Assembly: GCA_030295235.1 (NCBI GenBank)
Contig: AP026123.1
Span: 310,001 to 374,000 of the forward strand
From: Fistulifera solaris
Taxonomy: Eukaryota
Reading direction: 5' to 3'
Length of the DNA: 64,000 nt
The position numbers were made by a program, and so were the translations under genes. The notes beneath the pieces were generated by a model, which made no database searches, was not told the origin of the DNA, and worked only from the letters and a program-made list of their open reading frames with translations. Shown piece after piece: positions 60,260-64,000 of this stretch (the stretch's first letter is position 1; each line of letters opens with the position of its first letter).

Positions 60260-62550
60260 ATGGCATCAGCAATTCTTTATAAATTTCGCTCCGGCACGAC
60301 CTTTGAAGCGCTGCCTCTTCCAGGATCCGCTGCTCGTTTATTTGACGTCAAAAGGCCATTGTTTTAGCGAAAAAGCTCGATCAAGGCAGTATGGAATTTG
60401 ATTTATCCGTTCGCGATGCGACCACGAATGTGGAGTACACGGATGATGCAATGTTGCTACCTCGAGGGGCACGACTTGTTGTGCAGCGTTTGCCTGTTGC
60501 AAGGTATGTTTTCTGCTGTTCAGGATACTTGATGTATGTGTGTTTTACCTTTCTGACCTCTGTCCTATTTCATTTCATATATAGAGGACACGGAATCTTG
60601 GCGAAAATGGCTCGCAGTCAGCTAGGCGTGGGTCATACTGCGGCCGGGACGTTAGGCGATGCTGCTCCTAGTAACTTCTACACGATCGACACCCGCGCTA
60701 ACGACGATGAAGACGAATTTGTTAGCACAAAGACAGCCGAAGAAAAAAGAGCTCGAGGCTCTTCGTGCGGTGACAGATGCTTCGCAACGGAATGCGGCGT
60801 CCACTAGCATTCGAACGGGTGGCGGATTTCGTCCGGGGGCGCAGCCGCGGCTGCAGCAGGACCACCGCGTCATCAACGTCCGAATGCCGACCCAGAGTTA
60901 CGAGAGTTACAGCAACGGGAGTCGCAGCAACCGAAGAAACGGGCAACGGGTATACCGCGAACTTTTTTGAGCTTATCGGCACCTGCTAAAACGACGGATG
61001 GCGAAGGTAACGAAGCAAATGTACTTACGATACAGCCGAACACCGTTGGTTTTGAAGAACTCATTAATCGTGGAGGCGGTCAATCTGAAAATGCGTCTGG
61101 TAGTAAGCGAGATTTAGATTATGCTCTCAAATTAACTGCTTCGACAATCCCTGAATATTTGCAGTGTTCTATTTGTGGAGGAATCGTCAAAGATGCTATG
61201 ATTTTGCCGTGGGACGCCGAGGGTAGAACAACTTGTGAAATGTGTATTCGTGACGCTTTGACACAGAATGGATTTCGCTGTCCGTTGACGGGTCAGGGAG
61301 GGTGTTAGTGCCGATGATCTTTTGCCGAACTTAGCTTTGCGCAAGGCGGCAGAGCAATTCGTCAAAAAGATTATTCAGCAGATGGAAGAAATTGAAAAGC
61401 AGCAAGTGGAAGAAGAGAAAGCTCCCGAGTCTGCCGAAGGAGGCGATGGAACGTCGAAGTTGTTAGAAGGCGACGGCGCCGACAAAGGGGTCATCTTAAC
61501 AAAACGTGCAACTGCAGCGGAGAGACGCAAGAAACAAGAGGAGGAAGATCCCTTTGGAGGAAACGATGATTTCGGCGGCGACGTGTTTGCAGTTGTTGTC
61601 GAAAAAGAAGCTGAACAAGAAGAAAACAAGGAGGATGTTTCCGAACCGGACAAGCCGCCTGTGCAAACACCTCAAGCGAAGAAAAAAGACGACGATGTGG
61701 CACTGTCGGAAAAGGACGATCCAAACAGTGCGCCATCGCCGGTGATTCCTTCAGCAGAGAAAAATTCTACTCACGAACCAAACAACCGTAACGGAACATC
61801 TCAAGCAGAGCACTTGGTAGTGGATACAAACGCTAGGCCCAAGTCCCCCACCTTAAATGAACGAAGTCCTCATGATCCATCATCTGGCAGCCGCCGCGAT
61901 CGGCGTCGCGGGCCACCGGCTGGTTACACGATGGGGCCTGCAGGGGGCGCAGCTGGAGGACCGCGCGAGACAACACACGCACGTTCTTCTTACGACGGTG
62001 ATGGCAGCCGGGGACGAGGAAGTGGGGGCCGCTTTGGAGGAGGTAGAGATTGGAATGAAAGAAACGGTTCTTGGACTGCAGATGGTCACGGTCGCCGAGA
62101 CGATGTAAGTAGAAGTTGGATTTTCCGGACGCTTGGATTTAGTTTGGGAACAATAAATTTTAGTAGATCTAGCTGGCTTGCTTTGTAGAAAAAAGCGTGC
62201 GGTGGCAATGTTGAACGAGCGTGATATTATGCTTGTGCTAACAATTGATTGTTTTAATCTTGCAGCAAAACTTCGGCAACGAGAATGGCGCTCGTCCACC
62301 GAAGAGGCCCCGCGCCGATTCAACTGAAGGCGGACCAGACGAACATTCGTCCACGACCTCGTCACATTTTCACGACCGTCACGATGACTATAGCGGAGGA
62401 CGCAATTCTTACCGAGGCCGAGGACCACCTCGGGGAGGAGGCTACGGTGGACGCGGTCGTGGAGGTCGCGATGAATATGGCGGAGGTCGCGGTGGAAACT
62501 TTCGAGGTAGAGGACGTGGTGGTTTTAGGGGAGGTAGAGGACGCTTTTAA
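60260..62550 (+). CDS. RBBP6: RBBP6/Mpe1-like DWNN plus RING/U-box E3 ligase (mRNA 3'-end processing) with an RGG tail
   Basis: MASAILYKFRS...LLPRGARLVVQRLP (DWNN), ATGIPRTFL, IPEYLQCSICGGIVKDAMILP...CIRDAL...CP, PNLALRKA and RGG repeats. Introns near 60504-60584 and 62105-62265. Several frameshifts. Confidence 0.85.
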
Positions 62551-62786
62551 TAGCCTATGGAAATTGGCTCTAGCAATTCATTCTAGCCTTCTTTGCAAGC
62601 AATAACATTCAAGTAGAAAGTCTAGCTAGTCGACCATCATGAAAGCAGGCAACTAGCGTAATAAAACAAAATACATAATCAGATCGTAATATACTTAACT
62701 AGCTACATTTTTGCAATCAAGAGCACAAACAAGGAGGCCTTGAATTCGATTATTCAAGTGCAATATTTATTGAATTGCAAAAGGCT

Positions 62787-64000
62787 CTAGTTCGTCCCCT
62801 TGTGTGACTGTGATGAAGGAACCGCTAAAAGCCCGTGAAACACATCTTTCTCAGCAAACAGCGAATCTGGTCGAACGAATGTCAGCGGTACTGTGGTTTT
62901 CCCTTTTGTTGCTTTCGCTTGTTTCGTTCTTGTTCAAAGAGAGACTGATACGTATGAGCGAGAAAGTCGTCTAGATTGTAAAGAGGTGTAGAAAGCTCTT
63001 GTTCGCGGCCAACCGACTTTGCCAGAGTTGAAACGGCTGGATAGTAATGGCGTTCTAACGCACCAAGTTCCCACAAGCTCGATTGCAAAGCATTTGCCTC
63101 CTCTGGATCGTCGGTCTCCGCATCGAAGCCGTCCTTCCACTCGTCATCGTTCCGGTGTACCAAACAGGCCATCTCAGGACGCTTGCGGAGCAGATTGGAA
63201 CACAAGGCCAAAACGAACAGTACGCTCGGTACTGGTGCGACCAAGGTAGACCGAAGTAATCGCTTCACGAAAGCAGCCACTATGTGAGTGGGTAGCATTT
63301 CGTTTCGAGTGAGACATTTGTCCAGCAGTCGGAAAAAGCGCGTTCTATATTTGACGTAAAGCAAGCTGGGTGTAATCAGTCGATAGAGCTGCTTGTAGAA
63401 ATTCGGATACTCCAAGCCATGAGCTGTAATGAGGAGAAATAGACCATCTAGCGCCAGGACCGAAACGACGCCATTGTGATTATACGCCTCCATAAAGAAG
63501 TCGGAAAATCTTAGCGGATGTGGAACATGAGGTAAGACATTGCCAGGAAGGAATCGTAACGCTTTCTTTAGCGCTACGAGAGGAAGGTCAAGCTTCAGCA
63601 CAGCTAACCAAGCTTTCGACCAAGCCAGCCGATGGCAGCTTACTTTTGGAAAGTGAACATGGGTTTGATCGCTTTCGCAGCGGAAATTTTGGCGCGTTTT
63701 GCGGCTGGTTGTTCGTCTTCCGAGTCACTATCGGAACTGTCTTCACTCGCATCATTATAATCGATCGCTTCGGCTTCATCATTGCCATCATCCTGTGGTA
63801 CAGCATCCTCTGGAGGAACGAACAACAATCCGCCTTGACTGTCTAGATCCTTTTGCGACGTAGGGAGTTGCATCATTGTCAATATTTCGAGAATGCGTTC
63901 GGCTCTTTCGGCTATATCCTTTCCTTCTGTTTGTTGCCCGTAAAGCTCATGAGCACATCGCGCAATAGCAATCATAGTGTAATACTGTACGTCTCGATAA
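62787..64000 (-). CDS. NOC4: nucleolar complex protein 4 (CBF/Mak21 domain), 5' end outside the window
   Basis: Motifs VLALDGLFLLITAHGLEYPNFYKQLY, LPTHIVAAFVKRL and NALQSSLWEL..L.RHYYPAVS. Frameshifts near 63640 and 62897; the corrected stop is at 62787. Confidence 0.9.

Noticed and set aside
9495..63640. Mass pseudogenisation or programmed frameshifting
   Set aside because: The breaks I examined fall in homopolymers, affect essential genes and lack in-frame stops. Assembly error is more parsimonious, pending read evidence.

Overview
This is eukaryotic nuclear DNA, not a prokaryotic window. It is gene-dense, with short GT-AG introns and bipartite plastid-type leaders. The gene content (CYP97B, a silaffin-like KGGK/RXL protein, a secreted LRR protein, a GT92-like protein) points to a diatom; that taxonomic call is inference. 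About 27 protein-coding genes can be reconstructed. They include fused ATP-citrate lyase, two DJ-1/PfpI paralogs, a CTC1-like OB-fold protein, a spliced bacterial-type HU protein with a mitochondrial-like leader, GEX1/KAR5, aminopeptidase P, NAA40, importin-7, an OPR/FAST-like repeat protein, CYP97B, RBBP6/Mpe1 and a partial NOC4. Many genes are split by single-base indels in homopolymer runs, most likely from unpolished assembly rather than pseudogenisation. Non-coding structure includes a ~427-bp tandem repeat, a perfect (GGTACC)4 palindrome and a possible structured RNA at ~33.0-33.1 kb. The main non-coding feature is a ~53-bp palindrome-containing satellite (core TTCCAGAAATTCTGGAA). It occurs as a ~4.2-kb array with higher-order structure, as a smaller inverted island flanked by direct repeats, and as solo copies upstream of genes. 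All family calls come from motif recognition by eye; no searches were run.
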